A stretch of DNA of 64,000 nucleotides from Haliotis rubra (Eukaryota), in contig NW_025767680.1 in NCBI RefSeq assembly GCF_003918875.1, forward strand, positions 1 to 64,000. Direction: 5' to 3'. The position numbers and the translations under genes were made by a program. Below the pieces are notes generated by a model. The model did no database searches. It was not told the DNA's origin and was given only the letters and a program-made list of their open reading frames with translations. Positions 51,348-64,000 of the stretch are shown in pieces; the stretch's first letter is position 1, and every line of letters begins with the position of its first letter.

Positions 51348-52241
51348 GTTAAGATGCGTGATAAACAGTATAGTTCACCTGACCACTTCCCTGAGTCAGT
51401 ATACTCTGTGTTTCCTGGGGCAATAATGCTGAAGATATAACAAGTACTACAGACAAAATGTTTTGTACTGGTAAAGATGCAGAAAACAAGATGATGCTCA
51501 TAATTCTGCATCAACTGCAGGTGTCATCAAACAAAACAAAGTAAACTACAAGCACTGACTCTTTGAGCAACTGTCTCTATATAATGGAAAAAAAGATTAT
51601 TATGAATAATGAAAATAGCACTACTTCAACTCAGCACGTGGACCGTGTCAGTCACACCTGGGTATATAGAAAATATTACACTTGCAAAAGCCACAAAGTG
51701 TTTCTTGATATTGTACACCACAAACTGTCACTAGAACCCCGCCAAGGGTGTGGATATCATCAGTAATTCACTGCCCAAACTTGAACATGATAATTGCACT
51801 TATTTTATCTGTGACTTGAGATCACACGTCATCTTTAACTGTGACACAAGGCCACGTCATGCTGTCGACTGTGACACAAGTCTCAATGTTAACTGCGACT
51901 AAATATGGCACGTCTTACCTTCAAATGTGACACAAGATCGCACATCATACCATCAACTATTACACGAGATATCATCTTGCGGTTAACTCTAACACTGAAT
52001 CGCTCATCATTCTCTCAACTGTGACACAAGAACACACATGCCTTAACCTGCAACATGAGTTCACATCATGTCGTTAAGTCAGACATGAGACGTCCTGTCA
52101 ATGGGTTATTCAACAGCCAACCAGGAGCAGGAGAAAGAATGGACCACTGTGGTCAGTTGTGACGACTCCTGGTGGGCGTGTATTGTACCCTTCTGGTCCA
52201 GTACTAACAGTGACTCATCCTCCACCGATGAATCTGTAAGA

Positions 52242-55200
52242 CTACAACCTGGTCCCCGAGAGAATGGCACTCTCATCTCCAATGGGCATGTCACTGAAAA
52301 AACAAAGTCAGCATACATTCAGTGAGAGGCAGTATGGGTAAACAATCTGGAGCTTGCTGCAGTTGGGCCCGTAAGTAGGTAACGGCACTTGGAGAGACCT
52401 TAGTACTCCCTGTGACAAACAACTACACTTGGTCCGGTCTAGTAAAGTCATATTTGGCGGTCACGCAAGTTGGAACCAGAACAAAAAAAACGCTTGTCAT
52501 CGGATATCTGGCAGCAAGTTGGTGCAGTATGGATCCAGCTTAGTACCGTATGCTGGGCCTGATCTCACATATCGCAAGTTGGTGCATGCAAAGGGAGCTG
52601 GGAACTAGCTTAGTACCGGAAGTATGCTGGGCCCGATCTCACATATCGCAAGTTGGTGCATGCAAAGGGTGCTGGGATCCAGCTTAGTACCGGAAGTAGC
52701 ACCTCATAAGACTTACAGTCCCTGTTGCATTGATGATAGAATATATCTTATTAGCTATAAACATGGAAATATTCTCAACACTGGACAGAGCGTGAATCTG
52801 TTTCTGTTGCGGTGTGGTTAGACAGACTCACATGGATCCAGGCACTGCGTGTTTCTGCAGCATCTTGCGATGCTGTTTGTGTTCCTGCTCCAGGTTGATG
52901 ACACATTTCTGGATCTCGGTGACCGTCTGGTAGCACTGCTTCGTGTCCTCGATCACCAGGCGCGGACGCGGCTCATCATTCCCTGAGTACACCTCCTGAC
53001 AGCCGCACTGCTCTGTAGGCACAGAACACTCACGTCAGGGACAGAACAGTCACTTCAGGGACAGAACACTCACGTCAGGCACAGAACACTCACATCAGGC
53101 ACAGAACACTCACGTCAGGGACAGAACACTCACGTCAGGGACAGAACACTCACGTCAGGGACAGAACACTCACGTCAGGTCAGGGACAGAACACTCACGT
53201 CAGGGACAGAGCACTCACGTCAGGGACAGAGCACTCACATCATGGACAGAACACTAACGTCAGGCACAGGACACTCACGTCAGGGACAGAGCACTCACGT
53301 CAGGGACAGAACACTCAACGTCAGGTCAGGGGACAGCACTCACGTTAGGGACAGAGCACTCCGCCAGGGACAGAGCACTCACATCAGGGACAGAACACTA
53401 ACGCCAGGCACAGGACACTCACGTCAGGGACAGAACACTCACCGCCAGGGACAGAACACTCACGCCAGGGACAGAACACTCACGTCAGGGGACAGAACAT
53501 TCACACATCTTGGACAGACACACGTCAGGGACAGAACACTCATGTCAGGGACAGAAAACTCATGTCCCTCATCGGGGACAGAACACTCATGTCAGGGACA
53601 GAGCACTCCACGTCAGGGAGGGACAGACGGTGAACAGTCACGTCAGGGACAGAACACTCACGTCAGGGGACAGAACACTCATGTCAGGCACAGAACAATC
53701 ACGTCAGGGACAGAACACAGATGTCAGGGACAGAACACTCGCGTCAGGGACAGAACACTCACGTCAGGGGACAGAACACTCACCTCAGGGACAGAACACT
53801 GGCGTCAGGGACAGAGCACTCACATCAGGGACAGAACACTAGCGTCAGGCACAGGACACTCACGTCAGGGACAGAACACTCACGTCAGGGACAGAACACT
53901 CACGTCAGGTCAGGGGACAGCACTCTCCGTCAGGGACAGAGCACTCCGTCAGGGGACAGAGCACTCACATCTGGGACAGAACACTAACATCAGGCACAGG
54001 ACACTCACGTCAGGGACAGAGCACTCACGTCAGGGACAGAACACTCACGTCAGGGACAGAACATTCACGTCAGGGACAGAGCATTCACATCTTGGACAGA
54101 ACACGTCAGGGACAGAACACTCATGTCAGGGACAGAAAACTCATGTCCCTCATCAGGGGACAGAACACTCACGTCAGGGACAGAGCACTCACGTCAGGGA
54201 CAGAACACTGATGTCAGGGACAGAACAGTCATGTCAGGGGACAGAACAGTCCACGTCAGGGACAGAACACTCCGTCAGGGACAGAACACTCATGTCAGGC
54301 ACAGAACAATCACGTCAGAGACAGAACACAGATGTCAGGGACAGAACACTCACGTCAGGGACAGAACACTCACGTCAGGGGACAGAACACTAACATCAGG
54401 GACAGAACACTGGCGTCAGGGACAGAACACTCACGTCAGGGACAGAACACTCACGTCAGGGACAGAACACTCACCTCAGGGACAGAATACTCATGTCAGG
54501 GCACAGAACACTCAACGTCAGGGACAGAACACGTCAGGGACAGAACACTCACGTCAGGGACAGAACAATCGCGTCAGGGACAGAACACTCCATCAGGGAC
54601 AGAACACTGATGTCAGGGACAGAACACTCATGTCAGGGACAAAACACTGGCGTCAGGGACAGAACACTCACGTCAGGGACAGAACACTGGCGTCAGGAAC
54701 AGTACACTCACGTCAGGGACAGAGCGCTCACGTCAGGGACAGAACACTCACGCCAGGGACAGAACACTCCCGTCCAGGTCAGGGACAGCACTCACGTCAG
54801 GGACAGAACACTCACGTCAGGGACAGAGCACTCACATCAGGGACAGAACACTGGCGTCAGGCACAGGACACTCACGTCAGGGACAGAGCACTCCACGTCA
54901 GGGACAGAACACTCCGTCAGGGACAGAACATTCACGTCAGGGACAGAACATTCACATCTTGGACAGAACTCCGTCAGGGACAGAACACTCATGTCAGGGA
55001 CAGAAAACTCATGTCCCTCATCAGGGGACAGAACACTCACGTCAAGGACAGAGCACACGTCAGCGACAGAACACTGATGTCAGGGACAGAACAGTCATGT
55101 CAGGGACAGAACACTCACGTCAGGGACAGAACACTCACGTCAGGGACAGAACACTCCCATGTCAGGCACAGAACAATCCGCGCCAGAGACAGAACACAGA

Positions 55201-58200
55201 TGTCAGGGACAGAACACTCCGTCAGGGACAGAACACTCACAGGGACAGAACACTCACGTCAGGGACAGAACACTGACGTCAGGGACAGAACACTCACGTC
55301 AGGGACAGAACACTCACGTCAGGGACAGAACACTCACGTCAGGGACAGAACACTCACCTCAGGGACAGAACACTCATGTCAGGCACAGAACACTCGTCGG
55401 GACAGACAGAACACGTCAGGGACAGAACACTCCACGTCAGGGACAGAACAATCACGTCAGGGACAGAACACTCACGTCAGGGACAGAACACTGACGTCAG
55501 GGACAGAACACTGACGTCAGGGACAGAACACTCACGTCAGGGACAGAACACTCACGTCAGGGACAGAACACTCACGTCAGGGACAGAACAATCACGTCAG
55601 GACAGAACACAGATGTCAGGGACAGAACACTCACGTCAGGGACAGAACACTCACGTCAGGGACAGAACACTCACATCAGGGACAGAACACTGGCGTCAGG
55701 GACAGAACACCGACGTCAGGGACAGAACACTCCGCGTCAGGGACAGAACACTCACCGCCAGGGACAGAACACACGCCAGTCAGGCACAGAACACTCACGT
55801 CAGGGACAGAACACGTCAGGGACAGAACACTCACGTCAGGGACAGAACACTCACGTCAGGGACAGAACACTCACGTCAGGGACAGAACACTGACGTCAGG
55901 GACAGAACACTCACGTCAGGGACAAAACACTCACGTCAGGGACAGAACACTCACGTCAGGGACAGAACACTCACGCCAGGGACAGAACACTCCACGTCAG
56001 GGACAAAACGCTCACGTCAGGGACAGAACACTCACGTCAGGGACAGAACACTCACGTCAGGGGACAGAACACACGTCAGGGACAGAGCACTCACGTCAGG
56101 GACAGAGCACTCACGTCATGGACAGAACACTAACATCAGGCACAGGACACTCACGTCAGGGACAGAACACTCACGTCAGGGACAGAACACTCACGTCAGG
56201 GACAGAACACTCACGTCAGGGACAGAACATTCACATCTTGGACAGAACAACACGTCAGGGACAGAACACTCACGTCAGGGACAGAACACTGACGTCAGGG
56301 ACAGAACACTCACGTCAGGGACAGAACACTCGACGTCAGGGACAGAACACTGACGTCAGGGACAGAACACTCACGTCAGGGACAGAACACTCACGTCAGG
56401 GACAGAACACTCACGTCAGGGACAGAACACTGACGTCAGGCACAGAACACTGACGTCAGGGACAGAACACTGACGTCAGGGACAGAACACTCACGTCAGG
56501 GACAGAACACTCACGTCAGGGACAGAACACTCACGTCAGGGACAGAACACTCACGTCAGGGACAGAACACGTCAGGGACAGAACACTGACGTCAGGGACA
56601 GAACACTGACGTCAGGGACAGAACACTGACGTCAGGGACAGAACACTGACGTCAGGGACAGAACACTGACGCCAGGGGACAGAACACTCACGTCAGGGAC
56701 AGGGACAGAACACTCACGTCAGGGACAGAACACTGACGTCAGGGACAGAACACTGACGTCAGGGACAGAACACTCATGTCGTCAGCGTCAGGGACAGAAC
56801 ACTCACGTCAGGGACAGAACACTGACGTCAGGGACAGAACACTCACGTCAGGGACAGAACACTCGACGTCAGGGACAGAACACTCACGTCAGGGACAGAA
56901 CACTCACGTCAGGGACAGAACACTCACGTCAGGGACAGAACACTCACGTCAGGGACAGAACACTCACGTTGGGTACAGAACACTCACCTCAGTCACAGAA
57001 CAGTCACGTCAGGGACAGAACACTCACGTTAGGGACAGAACACTCACGGGACAGAACACTCACGTCAGGGACAGAACACTCACATCAGGCAAGTACTACG
57101 TAAGAGAACACTGAGGTAAGGTAACACACAATATATATGTTTCCATTAGAGAGATTTCCTTTAATCCACTGTCAACAGGTGTGCTTGGTGTAGCATGTTT
57201 CACGTATCATGTGATCTCATTGCACACGCAGATTGACAACATGTACTTGACAGTCAGCATTTTCTCGGTAGGCTGTAAATAATTACATTCTGGGTTGTTG
57301 ACATCAATAACAAACCCAAGAATCCACCCCACACTCAACAATATTTCAGCTAAATCACAGCAGTCAGCAGATAATCTGGGCTGGATCAGCGGTGGACACC
57401 ATGACAACCATGCACTTAGCCTGACAACCTAGTCCTGATAGAACCCATGTACAACAAGCATGGATACTGAAGACCAACTCTAACCCAGATCGTCATGGTT
57501 ACTGGGAAAAAGTGATGCACAACCAGCCAAGTCACACACCCTGAACAAGGTAACAACAAACTGTAAGGACAAAAAAGTCAACAGATGCTGAAATCAACAA
57601 GACAGATGTTAAATTTCAAAGGTGAGCAGTATCAAATATACTAGCACTACTGTTGAAAAAGGCAGACTATAACTGCCAATATTCTGGGTAGTTTCTCAGC
57701 TATTAGTTAGCTACACAGGCTATGTTTTTGGTCCTTGTTTTCATACAACTTGATACAACACAATTTTTAAAATGTCAACAAGCAACTAGGTAAACAGATT
57801 TTTGAGTGAGTCAGGATTCAACTCAATATTCCAGCAATATCACAGCAGGGGACACCAGAAATAGGCTGCACACATTGTACCAATGTCAGGATTCAAACTC
57901 GCCTTTTGGCGCGATGAGCGAAAGCTTTCACCACTAGGCTACCCCGCCACCCCTACATATTTTAACAGAACTTTGGACCATGTCAAAATGCAAAGAATAA
58001 ATCAAGGTCAGCAAAAAAGAAATAACAAAATGAAAGAACACATGTGTCCAGCCAAACATTAATCCACATTTCACTCCATAGTGGACAGAAATGGATAAGT
58101 AGTCCAAAAATAGGCTTCTTGAGACCAACTGTGTTTCACACTGGTGAAACTTCCACTCCATTGCTCCAGTGTTTCTGACTTGATTTTGGAGACTGATGAA

Positions 58201-61200
58201 TGGCAGACATATAGACCACAGTGTAAGCCCAGTTAACTGTCTGTGACATGTACTGAAAATATGTTTACTTAAATATGAAACAGAGGAGAAAAATACACTA
58301 TAAATTAAGTGAAAACTAAAAAGAAAAGACACACTGGACATGTTAGGAAGACAAGACAACCGACAGAGACAGGCAAGGAAACACCAGCAAGTGAGACACA
58401 TGCAGACAGGCACAAGCGAAGCATATCTTACCCGGGTCGTCATCCTGCATGCTATCTGTGAATGTCAAGCATCGCATGCATTATAGCACATCGGGGGGGA
58501 GATGCACAGATCATATTTTCCTGAACACCACTGACATCAAACAAAGTAAGTCCTCCTCTGCTACTACACTAAGCGCCTATATCTTTCTGTATAAGCAAAT
58601 GTACCCTCAAAAAACACCTGAGGCCTAAAAAACGAAATGGTTTGGTTCTGATTACCAGACCAACCCTTGAATTATGGTGCCGACCCTATTTTTTAGTGGT
58701 ACAAATATAATCAGCTTTCAGATACCATTGTTTTTTCCCGGCACTGACGGACATCAGTCATTCTGATAGAGAAAGTCGACATGACGTCCGCAAGCTTGAT
58801 TGAAGAAACAATTACACATTAATAAATCTGTTATTAGTTTGTACTTTACTTCTTAAAAAAAAAGGTAAAACACCCCATAAAATCACACCTACCTTACCTA
58901 AATTTTAAAGAGGTGTAATCAGAACCACCACATTTGTTTGATTTGGTCTGATGGAAATATAGGAGAAACCTAACAGGAATGTGGAACAGCTTAAATGGAT
59001 ATTCATGTGTTGGTTCCTATATAGACTTGTGTGGTTCAAATTTCAACATCGCACAGTATGTCAAGTCTAACCATAGCGTCGTCCTTCATAACACGCATAC
59101 TGCAGAACGAATCCAACAATAGCTATCTGGGCACATTTGTTTATACAGAGAGACACTTGTGGTATATTTGTACCTGTGCCCCCAACATTATCAATGGTAT
59201 TAGTAAATGTGAGATTGTTAGACCAAGTACAGCAGGATAGATCCTCATATATCACATGCAGCTGGTTGTTAGTTCATGCCATGTCATATCCCTGGGGTTA
59301 GTAAAAGTCAAACATCTGTCTTCCATCTCAAGGCAGTGTCAGACACATGCTCTCTATCTCACGGCAATATCAGACACATGCCCTCCATCTTGTAACAAGG
59401 TCAGACACATGCCCTCCATTTCATGACAAGGTCAGACACATGCCCTCTATCTCACGGCAAGGTCAGACACATGTTCTCTATCTCACGGCAATATGAGGCA
59501 CATGTCAGCAAGGTCACACATTCTCTATCTCACGGCAATATGAGGCACATGCCCTCTATCTCCACGGCAAGGTCAGACACATGTTCTCTATCTCCACGGC
59601 AATAGACACATGCCCTCTATCTCACAGCAAGGTCAGACAATATCACAGCAAGGTCAGACACATGCCCTCTATCTCACGGCAATATGAGGCACATGCCCTC
59701 TATCTCACGGCAAGGTCAGACACATGCCCTCTATCTCACGGCAATATGAGGCACATGCCCTCTATCTCACAGCAAGGTCAGACACATGCTCTCCATCTCA
59801 TGACAAGGTCAGACACATGCCCTCTATCTCACGACAAGGTCAGACACATGTTCTCCATCTCATAACAATATCAGACATATGCCCTCCATCTCATGGCAAT
59901 GTCAGACAATGACCTCCACCTTGTGACAAGGTCAGTCACATGACAAATAAGAGACTGGCAGTCTACTACAGACGTTTGTTTCCTGGAACCTTCGTCTGCT
60001 ATCCTGATGATGTAAGGTGCAGTAGAACTTGACATTTCAGAATTTAAGAGCATAATTGTTTCCTTGTGTAGCTCAGCTGATCATCACAACAAGCAGTTTG
60101 CTGACAAGAAAGGTATGGAGAGAGACTATTATGCAACTAGTCTCACAAGTATACAGAGTACAAGATGTCATCTCAGCAGGAACTGATTCTACAGAAGAAG
60201 ACTCTCAAGTGTCCACTCCTATATATCACAAACCTACCTAGCACAGAGTCCAGTTTGTCCATGTGGCCAAGGAAGAGGGAGTGTATCTTCTCCACCTCCC
60301 TGTCTGAGTCGATGTCCAGCTGGATGTCTGTGACGGGCAGTCCCCCGGACACTGGGCAGCACCCCCGGGCAGTCAGGTCGGCCTCCTTACAGCTGCAGAC
60401 AAGCAGGACAGACAGTAGCAGTGATATCAAGTCCATGCACTGTATGATGTACACTAGTGGAATGTCAAGATTTATTGGGGTCTGAATTTAATAGCTTAGG
60501 AACATTGGTAATCCTATAAGCACAATTTTCAACAAACTGAGATATGTGTTTGCCTTCAGATCTGAATGTATTTTAGCTTTCAGCAAATCTGCACTTGTTT
60601 GTACCTGTTGCAGTTATTATTACTAAAATAAGAATAAAATGTTTTGATATGGATGGAAAAGGAAAAGACCTGTCAATTACAACAGGTCTATGACTGTTCG
60701 ACCTGTCTATCTCCCCACCTTGTCATTCCACCTGGAACAGCCCCACATGTCTATGGTGTCAGGGCAAAGGATTCACCCTTGTTTTTGTTGGTCAATGTTA
60801 GGTTATGGGAAGGCCAACAGTCTTACAGCTACAACTTGCATGTCAGTGTTGGGGGCTACGACTTCCTGTTAATGGCAGTTCTATCTGTCTCAGGGATATG
60901 ATGTTAAGGTTAATGGCGTTCTCCCAACTGTGTTAGAGCTACAACTTGCAGGTTATGGGAGTTTCAACTGTCTTAGCGCCATGATTAGAGCTACAACTGG
61001 CTTAGTTCTTAGAGTTATTGGTCAACTCTCCACGAGGAACAGATTATGTCTTGATCTGCCAATATTTGGATAAAGCCACCTAACTCACCACAGCCAATGT
61101 CCGTTGATGAAGGCAGCAGGGTGGTACACGTTCAGCCGGTTCTTGTTGGTGTTGCACACCTTGGTGAGGATATCCAGCCTGCAATAGGGACACAGGTAAA

Positions 61201-62190
61201 ACACTGCCAGAGCTACATGTTCAGCAGTACTTGGATCCTTATTAACATTCTAAATGTAGACATTATGTAGGTCATAGTTAATAAATGGAACATACCACTC
61301 CTTCTCTTCCACACAGTTGTTGGCCTGGATGTAGAGAGCCCTGGACGGCTGGACCACTTGGAACATCTGAAATACACAATAGAGACAGTCACAGATAGAC
61401 ATAGACACACACACACACACACACACACACAGATAGACACAGTCATAGACAGACTCACAGTCTCAGATAGACAGTCATAGATACACACACACATAGATAG
61501 ACAGTCATAGATACACACACACACAGATAGACAGTCATAGATACACACACAGATAGACAGTCATAGATACACACACACACAGATAGACAGTCATAGATAC
61601 ACACACACACACATATAGACAGTCATAGATACACACACAGATAGACAGTCATTAGATACACACACACAGATAGACAGTCATAGATACACACACACACACA
61701 CACACACACAGACAGTCATAAGATACACACACAGATAGACAGTCATAAGATACACACACACACCTATAGACAGTCATAAGATAAACACACACAGATAGAC
61801 AGTCATAAGATACACACACAGACTGACAGTCATAGATACACACACAGATAGACAGTCATAGATACACACACAGATAGACAGTCATAGATATACACACACA
61901 CACACAGATAGACAGTCATAGATACACACACAGACATAGATACACACACACACAGATATAGACAGTCATAGACACACACAAACAGATAGACATAGACACA
62001 CACACAGATAGACATAGACACACACAGATAGACAGTCATAGACATACACACACACACACAGTGTGTAATAATGTTCTTCAATCAAGACCCACAAGGTCAC
62101 TACTTACATAGTTCATTTTGAAGGAATTCTCTTGAAGTCGTTCCACAGCTAGTATATCTTCTATTGGAATACTACACAGTGGCTTCTCGG
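52242..62190 (-). CDS. RASA3: Ras GTPase-activating protein 3 (GAP1 family), last six coding exons (PH, Btk motif, C-terminus)
   Basis: Exons 62190-62108 ([27 protein letters not shown]), 61366-61296 ([24 protein letters not shown]), 61178-61089 ([30 protein letters not shown]), 60392-60238 ([40 protein letters not shown]), 53012-52832 ([10 protein letters not shown]...LEQEHKQH...PGS) and 52293-52242 ([16 protein letters not shown]). All phases join; strong match to the vertebrate RASA3 C-terminus as I recall it. Upstream exons lie beyond the right edge. Confidence 0.95.
52515..52700. repeat. about 74-bp tandem repeat, 2.5 copies, intronic
   Basis: gcaagttggtgca...agcttagtaccg repeated three times. 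Confidence 0.75.
53017..57090. repeat. 20-bp minisatellite, about 4 kb (about 200 units), in a RASA3 intron
   Basis: Unit cagggacagaacactcacgt; source of all the [19 protein letters not shown] ORFs. Confidence 0.97.
57330..57500 (-). mobile_element. strongly decayed SINE B
   Basis: cacactcaacaatatttcagct...acaagcatggatactgaagaccaactctaacccagatc. Confidence 0.6.
57805..57953 (-). mobile_element. SINE family A
   Basis: attccagcaatatcacagcaggggacaccagaaat...ccactaggctaccccgccacccc. Confidence 0.8.
58432..58455 (-). CDS. RASA3: putative 24-nt alternative microexon of RASA3 (DSMQDDDP)
   Basis: ttcacag|ATAGCATGCAGGATGACGACCCGG|gtaaga; phase 1-1 matches the flanking exons. Confidence 0.55.
58620..58951. 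mobile_element. MITE with imperfect TIRs
   Basis: aggcctaaaaaacgaaatggtttggttctgattac / gtaatcagaaccacacatttgtttgatttggtct. Confidence 0.55.
59335..59940. repeat. about 31-bp minisatellite
   Basis: Unit acggcaaggtcagacacatgccctctatctc. Confidence 0.9.
61382..62060. repeat. compound (CA)n / gatagacagtcata minisatellite
   Basis: Fills most of the intron between exons 61366 and 62108. Confidence 0.93.
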
Positions 62191-62327
62191 CTGTCAAAAA
62201 CATACATAGGTTAAACAGGCTTCTCTTCTGTCATATCTACACAAACAATTAACATCTCTATCTGCTGTCAATCAAAATCATCATAACCCTGGAAGACACC
62301 ACCAGAATGATGGAAACAAATTGCTAA

Positions 62328-64000
62328 CAGTTATCATAAAATAAACATGTAATTTTTAAAGTAAAATTGATATTTTATACTTATCCTGACTCATGATCTT
62401 TGCTTATCTCCCTTTCCCTTTCGAATGGTAGTGGAACACTTGAATCCCTTGAAGTTCCCGAAGCGGACGTACAATACTCACCCACGAGTTACCTACCTTG
62501 CCCTTTCCCACATAAACCATATCATGTGACATGTCCATACTTGTCACTCTCTCCTGATTTCCAGCCCATGCACTTGGATCTGCTGTGAAATCTCAAGTGT
62601 ATCTTCAGCGGGGAGGTTGGGAGGGCTTCTCGTCATGAGTCAGGATCCTATTCTTCCAACTTCCGTTATAACTTGGGGGTCCACTTTCTTGTCTTACTTC
62701 CTTCTCAGACAAGTTGAATCATGTTGATACATGTGGTTACAGATAAACTAGTGTCTCCTATTACTAGATATCTTATAACAACCCATAGATTATGATAAGA
62801 TCTTTATCATAAATGAGTTCGCGACCCCTTCATGTACAGGTAAGGTTATTACCCCTACAGGATCTTTAATCACTCAGGAGAGGTCAAATTGGTGAATGCC
62901 TGAGGCGTCTTCAGTGGCTATGTGTCGAGGAGGTAGTGGTTGGCAAAAGACTGTGTCCGACTTCCAAAGCATCCCTCCATAATTGTTGGTATAGAACAAT
63001 TTCCATGCAGAGCTAATGTTGATGCCAGTGCTCTGACTTCGTGTGGGTTGGAAGCTCTAGGAGGTTCTAGTCCTGCTGCTTTATAGGCTCTCAATATAAC
63101 GGCTCTCATCCAGAACGATATGGTCGTTCTTGAGACTTCTGCTGAAGTCTGTGTTGATATTGGGATGAACAGGCGCTTGAATTTTGTCTCCTCGTTTCAG
63201 TCTTTTGAAGATATATCTTCAGGGTTCTGAATGGACACAAGGATAAGTCCTTTATATCCTGTGGACCAAGGACTGTAGACAGTGCTGAGTGGAGTGGAAC
63301 TGTCTATCTGGTTGACCATCTAAGTCCCCATCTAAGTCCTAGATGAACTGCGTTATTTTGCCCTCTGTCGAAAGTAGTTCGACCAAAGTCCAACTCATGT
63401 ATCTCCGATATGCAAGCTGCTGTATGGCTAAGCGTAAGCAAGAACAACGCGTTTTCTGTGTCAGCAGCTCGAGTGTAATCTGATCTAGTGGTTCAGTAGA
63501 CATCACTGGTAAGATGGCCTTTAGAATTACATTTAGATCCCAAGCTTGGAGCTCTGATTTTTTGCTGGTCCTCCAGCTTCAAAGATCTCAGCAGAGCAAG
63601 TAATTCTGGTACTTTCGTCAACTTGATGCCTGTTTTCATAGTAATCACTGTACTGATGCTTGGCGAGGTATGTAGATAGTGTCGAACCCTTCAGGTGTCT
63701 GGTCTGTTTAAGATGACACAGATATTCGCCACTTGAGGATGAGTGGCTATCATCGCAGTGAAGCCTTTCCGCCTTGCATAAGTGTCAAACTTTAGCCATT
63801 TGTCGTCATATTGGTTTGCAGTCGATCTGCGTAGCGCTAGTGTTACTGCATTGGCTGCCTTATGGAGTATCCTCTTTTCTTCAAGCATGTTTTGATACTG
63901 TCCACCGCGTGCTTAACTGGAACACTGTTGGGTTTCTGTGGACTTGCTTGGTGTGTGGATGTATTAGTAGGTTCGGACATTCTGGTAATTTGATTACTGG
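62328..64000 (-). mobile_element. DIRS-like tyrosine-recombinase retrotransposon, 3' part, disrupted
   Basis: YR fragments: RRSTANQYDDKWLKF (N-terminal), LCPFRTLKIYL, PHEVRALAST...FANHYLLD (HxxR and catalytic Tyr region); AT-rich terminus; inverted pair atcctgactcatga (62383) / tcatgagtcaggat (62633). Confidence 0.85.

Noticed and set aside
53242-57114. Long repetitive proteins up to 463 aa
   Set aside because: Stop-poor 20-bp minisatellite on the strand opposite RASA3

Overview
Eukaryotic, intron-rich, repeat-dense genomic DNA, most likely a gastropod mollusc (abalone-like, inferred from the SINE families). Two N gaps are present (about 23423-23668 and 31777-32277). Almost all long ORFs in the supplied track are minisatellite or gap artefacts; the real genes had to be rebuilt from splice sites. 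Three genes are well supported: (1) a STRA6-like membrane receptor on the minus strand (ATG at 11802, 12 coding exons visible, running off the left edge); (2) a complete 4-exon, 570-aa type I membrane protein on the plus strand (signal peptide, PAN/Apple domain, Ser/Thr/acidic mucin stalk, TM helix, short tail; 36599-40299); (3) the last six coding exons of RASA3/GAP1 on the minus strand (PH-Btk region, stop at 52242). There is also a candidate orphan spliced gene (24240-26855, minus). The rest is at least four SINE families, decayed RTEX-like LINEs, several MITEs, a DIRS-type tyrosine-recombinase retroelement and many minisatellites. The best leads are a probable regulated 24-nt RASA3 microexon, a SINE whose head is a pseudoknotted RNA rather than a tRNA, a 5S-headed CORE-SINE, and the orphan gene. 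No new multi-gene system can be demonstrated from the sequence alone.
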